Source: Paenibacillus sp.
Lineage (GTDB): Bacteria > Bacillota > Bacilli > Paenibacillales > YIM-B00363
Assembly: GCA_031181325.1 (NCBI GenBank)
Contig: JAPSKX010000033.1
Span: forward strand, 231 to 32,230
DNA: 32,000 nt
Direction of reading: 5' to 3'
A program made the translations under genes and the position numbers. The notes under the pieces were generated by a model. That model ran no database searches. It saw only the letters and a list, made by a program, of their open reading frames with translations, and was not told the DNA's origin. Positions 23,867 through 31,044 of this stretch are shown here, in pieces. Position 1 is the stretch's first letter; every line of letters starts with the position of its first letter.

Positions 23867-23925
23867 ACGGGACAGCGGGCGTGAGGCGAACGGCCTCCCG
23901 CGAACAGGGGTCCGGCGCGTGAATC

Positions 23926-24051
23926 GGAAAAGCGCCCGCTTATTCCCGCTTTAGCCGGGGAAACCGGGCATTGGACGGGAAAACCTCCGTTCTGGTTCGC
24001 CGAATGTCGCGGTTATCGCGAAAATCCGGTGAATGGACTGGAGGTTTTCCC
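23926..24051. repeat. Repeat family copies in the tube-chaperone spacer (core GGRAAANCCTCC and its complement)
   Basis: GGGAAAACCTCC (23977-88) and GGAGGTTTTCCC (24040-51) form a perfect 12-bp inverted repeat. A degenerate copy GGAAAAGCGCCCGCTTAT lies at 23926-43. Confidence 0.8.
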
Positions 24052-24219
24052 TTTCATCTTGCGAAATCCGCCAGATTTTTCCGTTCAGGGGTGTCCGCGA
24101 GTAGCATGATGCGGCAGTTTGTTTTTGCTCAGGTCGTTACTCGCGGGAGTCCGCTGCGCTTCTTTGGGCGCATGCAAGACAACGAGCAGGTACATTCGAA
24201 CCTATGGAGGGTGCATGAA

Positions 24220-24642
24220 ATGAGCGATTTAAGCGTATTTTTCGCGCAAAACGCCGTAGCGGAGACGACGGAAGCCGTCGTCGTCTCCCCGCGGTTCCGC
24301 GATGCGGCGGGGGAGCCGGTCGCGTGGAAGCTCCGCAGCATGACGGAGGAAGAGAACGAGACGTGCCGCAAGGCGGCGACGAAGCATGTGAAAGGCAAGA
24401 ACGGCATGCGCGTGCCGGAGACGAACGCCGACGAATACATGGCGAACCTCGTCGCGGCGAGCGTCGCGTTCCCGAACCTGAAGGACGCCGAGCTGCAGAA
24501 GTCGTACGGCGTCATGGGCGCGGGGCCGCTGCTGAAGAAGATGCTGCTGCCCGGCGAGTATGCGCTGCTCATTCAGAAGGTGCAGGAGCTGAACGGCTTC
24601 GACCGCGACATGAACGAGCTCGTGGATGAGGTAAAAAACTAA
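24220..24642 (+). CDS. Tail assembly chaperone (XkdN-like), 0-frame product
   Basis: The start is ATG 24220 (MSDLSVFFAQNAV...), 8 nt after GGAGGG. The track start at 23971 has no RBS and crosses the repeat-rich spacer. The gene lies between the tube and tape-measure genes. Confidence 0.8.
   Translation: MSDLSVFFAQNAVAETTEAVVVSPRFRDAAGEPVAWKLRSMTEEENETCRKAATKHVKGKNGMRVPETNADEYMANLVAASVAFPNLKDAELQKSYGVMGAGPLLKKMLLPGEYALLIQKVQELNGFDRDMNELVDEVKN
24633..24639 (+). promoter_or_regulatory. Programmed -1 ribosomal frameshift slippery heptamer A-AAA-AAC
   Basis: An X-XXY-YYZ heptamer lies in the 0 frame (GTA AAA AAC TAA) one codon before the stop. It is followed after 7 nt by the hairpin GGAGGGCG (24647-54) / CGCCCTCC (24680-87). 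Confidence 0.7.
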
Positions 24643-24815
24643 TCAAGGAGGGCGACGGGGAGGCGAACTACGCCTACTACGCCCTCCATGAGCTCCGCAT
24701 CCTCCCGCACGAGCTCGTCCGGATGAACCGCTACGAGAAGGCGGCGATCTACGCGATGATCGACGTGCGGGTGGAGAAGGAGAAGCAATCCCGCCGCCGG
24801 CCGAAGAATCGGTGA
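24639..24815 (+). CDS. -1 frame extension of the tail chaperone (XkzA position); expressed as a fusion 24220..24639/24639..24815
   Basis: The -1 frame reads LIKEGDGEANYAYYALHELRILPHELVRMNRYEKAAIYAMIDVRVEKEKQSRRRPKNR* (58 aa). It has no in-frame start codon behind the local AAGGAGG, so frameshifting is the simplest route to expression. Confidence 0.65.
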   Translation, partial: LIKEGDGEANYAYYALHELRILPHELVRMNRYEKAAIYAMIDVRVEKEKQSRRRPKNR

Positions 24816-24844
24816 AGGCGCCCTGGGCCCTACAGTCCGGAGGA

Positions 24845-25028
24845 ATTAGACGGAAATCCTCCCGCTAATGTCGGGGAATGCGGCTTTGCGGCGCACTTAA
24901 ATGGAAATGCTCCTACCAATTACGGGGGAATGCGTCTTTGACAGGTGGAGCGCGCCGATTAAGATGGAGGGTTTCCCGCTAAACTTCGATTTCTGGCGGT
25001 TTGGAGCCGAATTAGTGGGAGGATTTCC
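24845..25028. repeat. Repeat family copies in the chaperone-tape measure spacer
   Basis: There are tandem units of about 45 nt at 24845-88 and 24896-940 with a 51-nt period. Complementary cores lie at 24966-77 (GGAGGGTTTCCC) and 25017-28 (GGGAGGATTTCC). The stretch 24852-69 can pair with 25011-28 over 18 bp, including one G-U. Confidence 0.8.
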
Positions 25029-25082
25029 TTGTAGCAATGAGGAAGCCGAAGGCCGCAGGTGAAGGAAAGGGGGGGAGAGGCT

Positions 25083-27077
25083 ATGGCGGATATATCCTTG
25101 TCGGCGAATGTGCAGGCGATTAACTCGGTTGTTCAACAGTTCGTGAAGTTATCGCAATCGAATCATTTCGTCAATCGCACGATGATCCGTTTCAATCGAA
25201 CGAACATCGACAGCCGGCGGATCATTATTAATTACACGAATGTGCAACAACAATTTATTGCCGGTCAAGCGGAGGCCAAAAAAGCGATAGAAGGTACGAC
25301 CGCAGCGCAGGACAAGCAAAATAAATCCATTAGTTATGCTCAAGAGCTGCTAACAGCCGCTCGAGCAAAATTAAAGGACGCCTTCTCTCCGGAGTCCGTA
25401 TTGGCCGGAGCGGGAAGAGCGCTGGCTGGCCTCGGAGCTCTTGGGGTCGCCGCCGTGCATGGGGCAATGGAACAGGACGCTATGAAGCAAAAGTTCGTAG
25501 CCAAGACCGGTGATGAAACTGTCGGGAGCGCAATGTTCACCATCTTCAAACAGGATGCCCAAGCGAAAGGGCAGAATGTAATGGATGCGGTGAATGGGGC
25601 CTATTCCTTCATGTCGGTGACACATGACGTAGAAGATATAAAAAAATTAAACCGATTTTCGGATCAACTAGCAATGTTCGATCCGACTGGCAAAGGGAAG
25701 CCCGAAGCGGTATCTGCGATTCAGGCGGCCATACGTGGAGATACGACCGGATTAGCCAAGCAATACAACATTTCCGAGGGTCTGCTGAAAGAATATAATA
25801 TCGCTGCACTAGGAAGGGCAGCACCGGGAAGCGCTGAGAGTATGGATACATTTCTAGAACAGTTCGATGAGCTGCTAGAGCGAAGTCGTATGGGAGAGGC
25901 TGCTTATTCAGCGATGCTGGCGTCCCCTGCGAAACAGGCGGAGCAACTCGGGAATCGAGTGCGAAACTCGCTGTCCGACGCGGGAACGGGGGCGCTTGCG
26001 GCAATCGGACCCATGCTCGTCACGTTGAACGAGGCATTCCAAGCAGGCGCGTTCCAACCGTTCTTTGATGCACTCAACATTTCGCTGACCCTTCTCACAT
26101 TTGGTATTTCCGGTGTCGTCAATGCCGCGCTATGGTTGTGGGACGTATTCATGACGACACTGCCGGTCGTTGGACCGATTCTTCTGGGAATCATCGCAAC
26201 ATTTGCGATTTACCGTGGGATCCTGTTTGCGGTAACTGCAGCTCAATGGATTATGAATGCCGCTGTTACTGCATTCCGCGTCATCTCGCTTCTTGCGGCC
26301 GCGGCGCAATGGGGATTTAATTTTGCGATGATCGCTAACCCAATTGGATTAATTATTGCTTTGATCCTCGGCTTGGTCGCAGCGTTATTCGGACTTGCGC
26401 TTTCGTTCCAGCCCGTGCGAGAGATCATGGCGAACACGTTCCGCGCGATCGGCGATATCGTAGTCTTCGTCGCAGGACTCATCATCGATACGATTGCCCT
26501 AATTGTGAATACCATAGTCGATACAATGAACAGCATCCTGGATATCGGAAACGCGATTAACAAAGCAATAGGATGGGCATTCGGAATCGAAGGAATAGTA
26601 GAAGTGAAAATTCCGAACTGGGATGCCTCAGACTTCAAGTCCCAAGTACAGGACGGAATCAAAGGCGCCTCGGACGCGATCGCCGACGGAACGGAAAACT
26701 TTAGCATGGAAAACATGAAAGAAAAGTTCGGATTAAACGGGAATAAGGAGTCTCCCGAAGATGTGCTAGAGCGGTATAAGCCGCCGACACTGCCAACGAA
26801 TCCAGAGCCTGCAACTGTCGGGGCAACGGGCTCTGGATTCTCCGCGGCGCCGCCCGCCCCCGCCCGCGACACCCCCGACCTGCCGGAAGAAAACCTCGTC
26901 ATGATGCGGGATCTGGCGGAACGGGACAGCATCCGCAGCTTCGTGACGATGAATCCGACGGTGCAGGTGACGACGGGCAACATTATGCAGGAGGTCGACG
27001 TGAATACGATGATCGCGAAGATCGAGTCGGCGATGGAGCGGGAGATCGCCATGTCGGCGGAGAGGGCGATCCTATGA
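25083..27077 (+). CDS. Tail tape measure protein (XkdO position)
   Basis: 664 aa from ATG 25083, which follows GGGGGGGAGAGG. The N-terminal half is alpha-helical and Ala/Gln/Lys-rich. The central block is strongly hydrophobic (ALWLWDVFMTTLPVVGPILLGIIATFAIY...LIIALILGLVAALFGLAL), typical of tape measure proteins. Its position also fits. Confidence 0.85.
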   Translation: MADISLSANVQAINSVVQQFVKLSQSNHFVNRTMIRFNRTNIDSRRIIINYTNVQQQFIAGQAEAKKAIEGTTAAQDKQNKSISYAQELLTAARAKLKDAFSPESVLAGAGRALAGLGALGVAAVHGAMEQDAMKQKFVAKTGDETVGSAMFTIFKQDAQAKGQNVMDAVNGAYSFMSVTHDVEDIKKLNRFSDQLAMFDPTGKGKPEAVSAIQAAIRGDTTGLAKQYNISEGLLKEYNIAALGRAAPGSAESMDTFLEQFDELLERSRMGEAAYSAMLASPAKQAEQLGNRVRNSLSDAGTGALAAIGPMLVTLNEAFQAGAFQPFFDALNISLTLLTFGISGVVNAALWLWDVFMTTLPVVGPILLGIIATFAIYRGILFAVTAAQWIMNAAVTAFRVISLLAAAAQWGFNFAMIANPIGLIIALILGLVAALFGLALSFQPVREIMANTFRAIGDIVVFVAGLIIDTIALIVNTIVDTMNSILDIGNAINKAIGWAFGIEGIVEVKIPNWDASDFKSQVQDGIKGASDAIADGTENFSMENMKEKFGLNGNKESPEDVLERYKPPTLPTNPEPATVGATGSGFSAAPPAPARDTPDLPEENLVMMRDLAERDSIRSFVTMNPTVQVTTGNIMQEVDVNTMIAKIESAMEREIAMSAERAIL

Positions 27078-27742
27078 CCGATTACTACCATATGTCGCTG
27101 AGCTTTAACAGGCAAGCGGAAGCGATCATTTTCCCCGTGCTCCCGGCATCGATTGAACTCAAACGCAAGGGGCAAAGCAAGACGTACGACATCGTGGGGC
27201 TCGGCCAAGTGAGCGTTATCCATGCGCGGGAGCTGGCGGAGATCAGCTTCGAAAGCATGTTCCCGGCCGGACAGTTTCCATATCAAAGCGACGTGCGCGA
27301 TCGAGGGCTCGTATATAACGAACCGATCAAATACGTGAATTATATTGCGAAATGGCAAGACAGCAGGCACCCTTGCCGTTTCATTCTTTCGGGGGAGAGG
27401 CTTCAGCTGCCGATCAATCTCCCGGTGAGCATCGAGCAATTCGACCGATGGGAGGAGGGCGGCGCCCCCGGCGACATCCATTTCCGGATCACGCTCAAGG
27501 AGTACGTATTTCATGCGCCGCGCAAGGCGGGTGCGGATCCCGCGACAGCGGCCGCCCGCCCCGACGAGCGGGTCCGGCCGGATACGTATACGATGAAGCC
27601 CGGGGACACGCTCTACGGCATCGCCCGCAAAATCTACGGCGACAGCAACCGTTGGCCCGACATTCAAAAGTTGAACGGCATCACGGACGCGAAGCTTCGC
27701 AGTCTGCCGGTCGGTCTCGTGCTTCGCCTGCCGAAGGAGTGA
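27074..27742 (+). CDS. LysM-domain tail protein (XkdP-like)
   Basis: 222 aa, with its start overlapping the tape-measure stop as ATGA. The C-terminal LysM reads YTMKPGDTLYGIARKIYGDSNRWPDIQKLNGI...LPVGLVLRLP. Confidence 0.85.
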   Translation: MTDYYHMSLSFNRQAEAIIFPVLPASIELKRKGQSKTYDIVGLGQVSVIHARELAEISFESMFPAGQFPYQSDVRDRGLVYNEPIKYVNYIAKWQDSRHPCRFILSGERLQLPINLPVSIEQFDRWEEGGAPGDIHFRITLKEYVFHAPRKAGADPATAAARPDERVRPDTYTMKPGDTLYGIARKIYGDSNRWPDIQKLNGITDAKLRSLPVGLVLRLPKE

Positions 27743-27748
27743 GCGAAG

Positions 27749-28720
27749 ATGCTGGAAGTCTTGCTTGATAAGATTGACGGGACCGTGTGGGACGTCTCGA
27801 CGGTCGTGACGAGCGTGGCCTGGAAGACGAGCCGCATCGGGAAGGCGGGCAGTCTCGATCTTACGTTCGTGCGGAATGCGCTTTTCCAATCGAAGGACTT
27901 TACGGTGGAAAACGGCGACTTGCTCCGCGTGCGCAAGGACGGAGTGAAGTTCTTCTTCGGCTACGTGTTCTCGATTGACCGAAGCGAAGACGACACGGTG
28001 AGGCTTGTCGCATACGATCAGCTGCGGTACCTCATGGCGAACGAGTCCTACGTGTTCAAGAACGCGACGGCGGCCGACGTCATTCAGCGCATCGCGAAAG
28101 ACTTCGAGCTGAAGACGGGCGCGCTCGCGGCGCCTCGCCACCGCATTCCGCAGCTGCTGCAGGACAATAAGAAGCTGATGGACATGATCGTGCGAGCGCT
28201 GGATCTAACCTTGATCGCGGACAAGAAGATTTATGTGCTGTACGACGACTTCGGCGCCTTGACGCTTCGGGATGCAGAGGAGATGACGTTCGATTGGTCG
28301 ATCGGCGAAGGAAGCGGGATGGTCAGCTATTCGCATTCCGCTTCGATCGATTCGGAGACGTACAACCGCGTCAAGCTCGTGCAGGACAACAAGAACACCG
28401 GCAAGCGGGACGTATACATCGCCCAAGACAGCCGGACGATCGACCGGTGGGGGCGGCTGCAGCTGTACGAAGTCGCGGACGAAGGGATGAACCGGGCGCA
28501 GCTGGAGACGTTCGCGATGCAATTGTTGGAATATCGCAATCGGGAAAGCCGGACGTTGAAGGTAGACGCTTTGGGCGACATGAACGTTCGGGCCGGCGGG
28601 TATGCTCACCTCCGCATCGACGCGCTCGGGATCGACCAACGGATGTTGGTCGAGGAGTGCACCCATGAGTTCAACGGGGAAGCGCATCTGATGAAATTGG
28701 ATTTGAAGGTGGTGGACTGA
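27749..28720 (+). CDS. XkdQ/YqbQ-like tail hub protein (gpD / late-control-D-like)
   Basis: 323 aa with an AAGGAG RBS. The size, the position after the LysM protein and MLEVLLDKIDGTVWDVS...VAWKTSRIGKAGSLDLTF fit the XkdQ family. Confidence 0.75.
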   Translation: MLEVLLDKIDGTVWDVSTVVTSVAWKTSRIGKAGSLDLTFVRNALFQSKDFTVENGDLLRVRKDGVKFFFGYVFSIDRSEDDTVRLVAYDQLRYLMANESYVFKNATAADVIQRIAKDFELKTGALAAPRHRIPQLLQDNKKLMDMIVRALDLTLIADKKIYVLYDDFGALTLRDAEEMTFDWSIGEGSGMVSYSHSASIDSETYNRVKLVQDNKNTGKRDVYIAQDSRTIDRWGRLQLYEVADEGMNRAQLETFAMQLLEYRNRESRTLKVDALGDMNVRAGGYAHLRIDALGIDQRMLVEECTHEFNGEAHLMKLDLKVVD

Positions 28721-28721
28721 C

Positions 28722-28985
28722 ATGTCGATCGTGGACAAAATCCGGCGGATCAGCGCCGGCACGACGGAGGCGGGAGATCCCGTCGCGGTACTGCAGGGCA
28801 CGGTGGAAGGAACGAATCCTCTGACGGTGAGGCTGGATCAACGGCTTTCGCTGACGGAGGATTTTTTCGTAATGGGCGCCTCGGTCGCGGAGCGCGGGTT
28901 CGAGCTTGGAGACCGATTGATCCTGCTGCGCGTGCAGGGCGGGCAACGTTTCGTCATCTTGGATAAAACGGGGGAATGGGCATGA
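28722..28985 (+). CDS. Small baseplate spike/plug-like protein (XkdR position, DUF2577-like)
   Basis: 87 aa, tightly coupled, starting 1 nt after the previous stop. The sequence LQGTVEGTNPLTVRLDQRLSLTEDFF fits my memory of DUF2577. Confidence 0.65.
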   Translation: MSIVDKIRRISAGTTEAGDPVAVLQGTVEGTNPLTVRLDQRLSLTEDFFVMGASVAERGFELGDRLILLRVQGGQRFVILDKTGEWA

Positions 28986-29377
28986 TTCCGAAACGAACCG
29001 CTCCGCTGGTGACGAATGTTCCCGATCGGCCGCAGACGAGCCGAACGTATCGGCTGGATCCGGAACGCGGACGGATCGCAGGCATCGTCGACGGTACGGA
29101 CGCGGTGCGGCAATTCGTCTATAAGGCTCTGTCGACCGAGCGATTCGCGCATGCGATTTACAGCGGCGCTTTCGGTCACGAGATCGCGCCTGGACTGGAT
29201 CGCAACATCGCTGTCGCAGAGCTTCCCCGATGGGTCGAAGAAGCTTTGCTCCAAGACGACAGAATTACAGCCATCCGTGATATGGAGCTGAGCGCGGAAG
29301 GCGATCAGATGAACGTTCGCTTCACTGTTGTCTCCGTGTTCGGCGAATGGGAGGAGAGGAGGAACTTCGATGTTTGA
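28982..29377 (+). CDS. Baseplate protein (XkdS position, DUF2634 / gp25-W-like)
   Basis: 131 aa from the ATG that overlaps the previous stop as ATGA; the track gives 28976, which is also possible. The sequence TYRLDPERGRIAGIVDGTDAVRQFVYKALSTERFAHAIYS is typical. Confidence 0.7.
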   Translation: MIPKRTAPLVTNVPDRPQTSRTYRLDPERGRIAGIVDGTDAVRQFVYKALSTERFAHAIYSGAFGHEIAPGLDRNIAVAELPRWVEEALLQDDRITAIRDMELSAEGDQMNVRFTVVSVFGEWEERRNFDV

Positions 29378-30467
29378 AGATCGTACGTTTGAAAATGTTC
29401 TCCGCGACATGCTCACCGCCGTCCCCTCCGAAGTCGACAAACGCGAGGGCAGCGTGTTGTACGACGCGCTTGCGCCGGCGGCGATGCAATTGGCGGGGGC
29501 GTATGCGGAGCTTGATCGCTTATATCGCTTGTCGCATGCGCAGACGTCCAGCGGAGAAGCGCTGCGTCTGCGAGGCGAGGACTTCGGCATACAGCCTCAG
29601 CCGGCCTCGGCGGCGGTGCGGCGCGGCGTATTTTCCGGCGAGAACGGCGTGCCGTTCGAAGTCGAGATCGGGAGCCGATTCGCGGTCGGAGGCTTGATTT
29701 TCGCGGTGCAGGAGAAGGTGGATGCCGGCGTCTTTAAACTTATCTGCGAAACCGCCGGCGCCGCCGGGAACATTCCGTCCGGCGCGATGCTGCCGCTCGA
29801 CTATGTGGACGGTTTGGCGTCGGCGACGATGGACGAAGTTATCGTTCCCGGAGAAGACGAAGAGACGGACGAGGCGTATCGGGCGCGGTTCTTCGCGCAG
29901 GTACGGACGCCGCCGACAAGCGGCAACCGTTCCGCATACCGGAAGTGGGCGCTCGAGGTTCAAGGCGTAGGAGACGCATATGTGCTCCCCGCTTGGGCAG
30001 GTTCGAATACGGTGAAGGTAAGCGTGATCGGCACGGACCGGTTGCCTGCGGGCCCTGGCATCGTGGAAGCGGTGAAGGATTACATCGACCCTCGGACCGG
30101 TCTTGGGGAGGGAATGGGCGAAGGCGCGGCTCCGGCCGGCGCGGTCGTCACTGTCGTTGCGGCGGATGCCGTGCCTGTCGACGTGACGGCGACGATTACG
30201 CTCAACGGGTCGCGGACTTTGGAACAAGTCGTCGCCGATTTCGGGGCCGCGTTGCGAGGTCATCTCGCCGCCGTCGCGGACGACGCCTTCGCACGCTACG
30301 ACGCCGACCGCAGCATCAAGTTTGCGCGGATCGGCACGCTTCTTCTGGATACGCCGGGCGTGGCCGACTATGCGGCAGGCAGCCTGCTCGTGAACGGGGC
30401 GCAGGCGAACGTGCTCGTTCCGCCGGGGGCCGTCGCCGTGAAGAGGACGGTGACGCTGAATGAGTGA
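29370..30467 (+). CDS. Baseplate J-like protein (XkdT-like)
   Basis: 365 aa from ATG 29370, which follows GGAGGAGAGGAGG. MFEDRTFENVLRDMLTAVPSEVDKREGSVLYDALAPAAMQLAGAY...RLRGEDFGI matches baseplate J N-termini. Confidence 0.85.
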   Translation: MFEDRTFENVLRDMLTAVPSEVDKREGSVLYDALAPAAMQLAGAYAELDRLYRLSHAQTSSGEALRLRGEDFGIQPQPASAAVRRGVFSGENGVPFEVEIGSRFAVGGLIFAVQEKVDAGVFKLICETAGAAGNIPSGAMLPLDYVDGLASATMDEVIVPGEDEETDEAYRARFFAQVRTPPTSGNRSAYRKWALEVQGVGDAYVLPAWAGSNTVKVSVIGTDRLPAGPGIVEAVKDYIDPRTGLGEGMGEGAAPAGAVVTVVAADAVPVDVTATITLNGSRTLEQVVADFGAALRGHLAAVADDAFARYDADRSIKFARIGTLLLDTPGVADYAAGSLLVNGAQANVLVPPGAVAVKRTVTLNE

Positions 30468-31041
30468 CTTTCCGATTACGACGCGTAGCGGGACGACTAT
30501 GCTCGCCGAGTTGCCTAGCTTCTATGAGAACGTGCTGGAGATGCGCGTGCTCGTCGAGGCGGGGGGCATTCCATTCGATCGGTTGTGGGACGACGCGGAG
30601 GACGTCTTCCGGCAACGATTCGTCAGCACCGCCACATGGGGCTTGCCGGCGTGGGAAGCGGAGCTCGGCATCGTTCCGCCCGCCGGGCAACCGATCGAGC
30701 AGCGGCGCGCCGTCGTCCGCTCGAAGATGCGCGGCTACGGGAAGTTTACGGGGCGGTTGCTGAAGAGCGTGGCGGAGGCGTATGACAACGGTCAGATCGA
30801 AGTGTCTTTCGACCCGCCTTCGAGTACGTTCACCGTTCGCTTTGTCTCGACGCTTGGCGCGCCGCCGAATATCAGTGACCTCCAACGGGCGACCGAGGAG
30901 ATCGTTCCGGCTCATTTGCTTGTTGCCTACGCATATCGGTATCTATTGGTTGAGCAGCTAGACGGCATGCCGATCAACGACCTCGAAGGTCGTCCGCTGA
31001 CTGACTTTTCGCCGGTCTTACCGGTACTTAAGGAGGAATGA
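30460..31041 (+). CDS. Baseplate wedge / tail-fibre-connector protein (XkdU position, DUF2313-like)
   Basis: 193 aa, overlapping the previous gene by 8 nt. LPSFYENVLEMRVLVEAGGIPFDRLWDDAEDVFRQRFVSTATWGLPAWEAELGI is typical of the YmfQ/XkdU family. Confidence 0.75.
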   Translation: MSDFPITTRSGTTMLAELPSFYENVLEMRVLVEAGGIPFDRLWDDAEDVFRQRFVSTATWGLPAWEAELGIVPPAGQPIEQRRAVVRSKMRGYGKFTGRLLKSVAEAYDNGQIEVSFDPPSSTFTVRFVSTLGAPPNISDLQRATEEIVPAHLLVAYAYRYLLVEQLDGMPINDLEGRPLTDFSPVLPVLKEE

Positions 31042-31044
31042 ACA

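Noticed and set aside
23971-24219. The long N-terminal extension of the chaperone ORF given in the track, and a 34-codon ORF starting at 24004.
   Set aside because: Neither has an RBS. The region is occupied by the inverted-repeat family. The ATG at 24220 has a well-spaced GGAGGG and yields a typical chaperone-sized protein.
24845-24940. A CRISPR-like reading of the tandem repeats of about 45 nt.
   Set aside because: There are only two direct copies, about 75 percent identical by eye, with no spacer-repeat regularity and no cas genes nearby. Related copies occur inverted, which does not fit a CRISPR array.
25059-25082. The GTG start for the tape measure protein given in the track (MKERGGEA...).
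   Set aside because: The G-rich stretch it would translate is itself the Shine-Dalgarno (GGGGGGGAGAGG) for the ATG at 25083.
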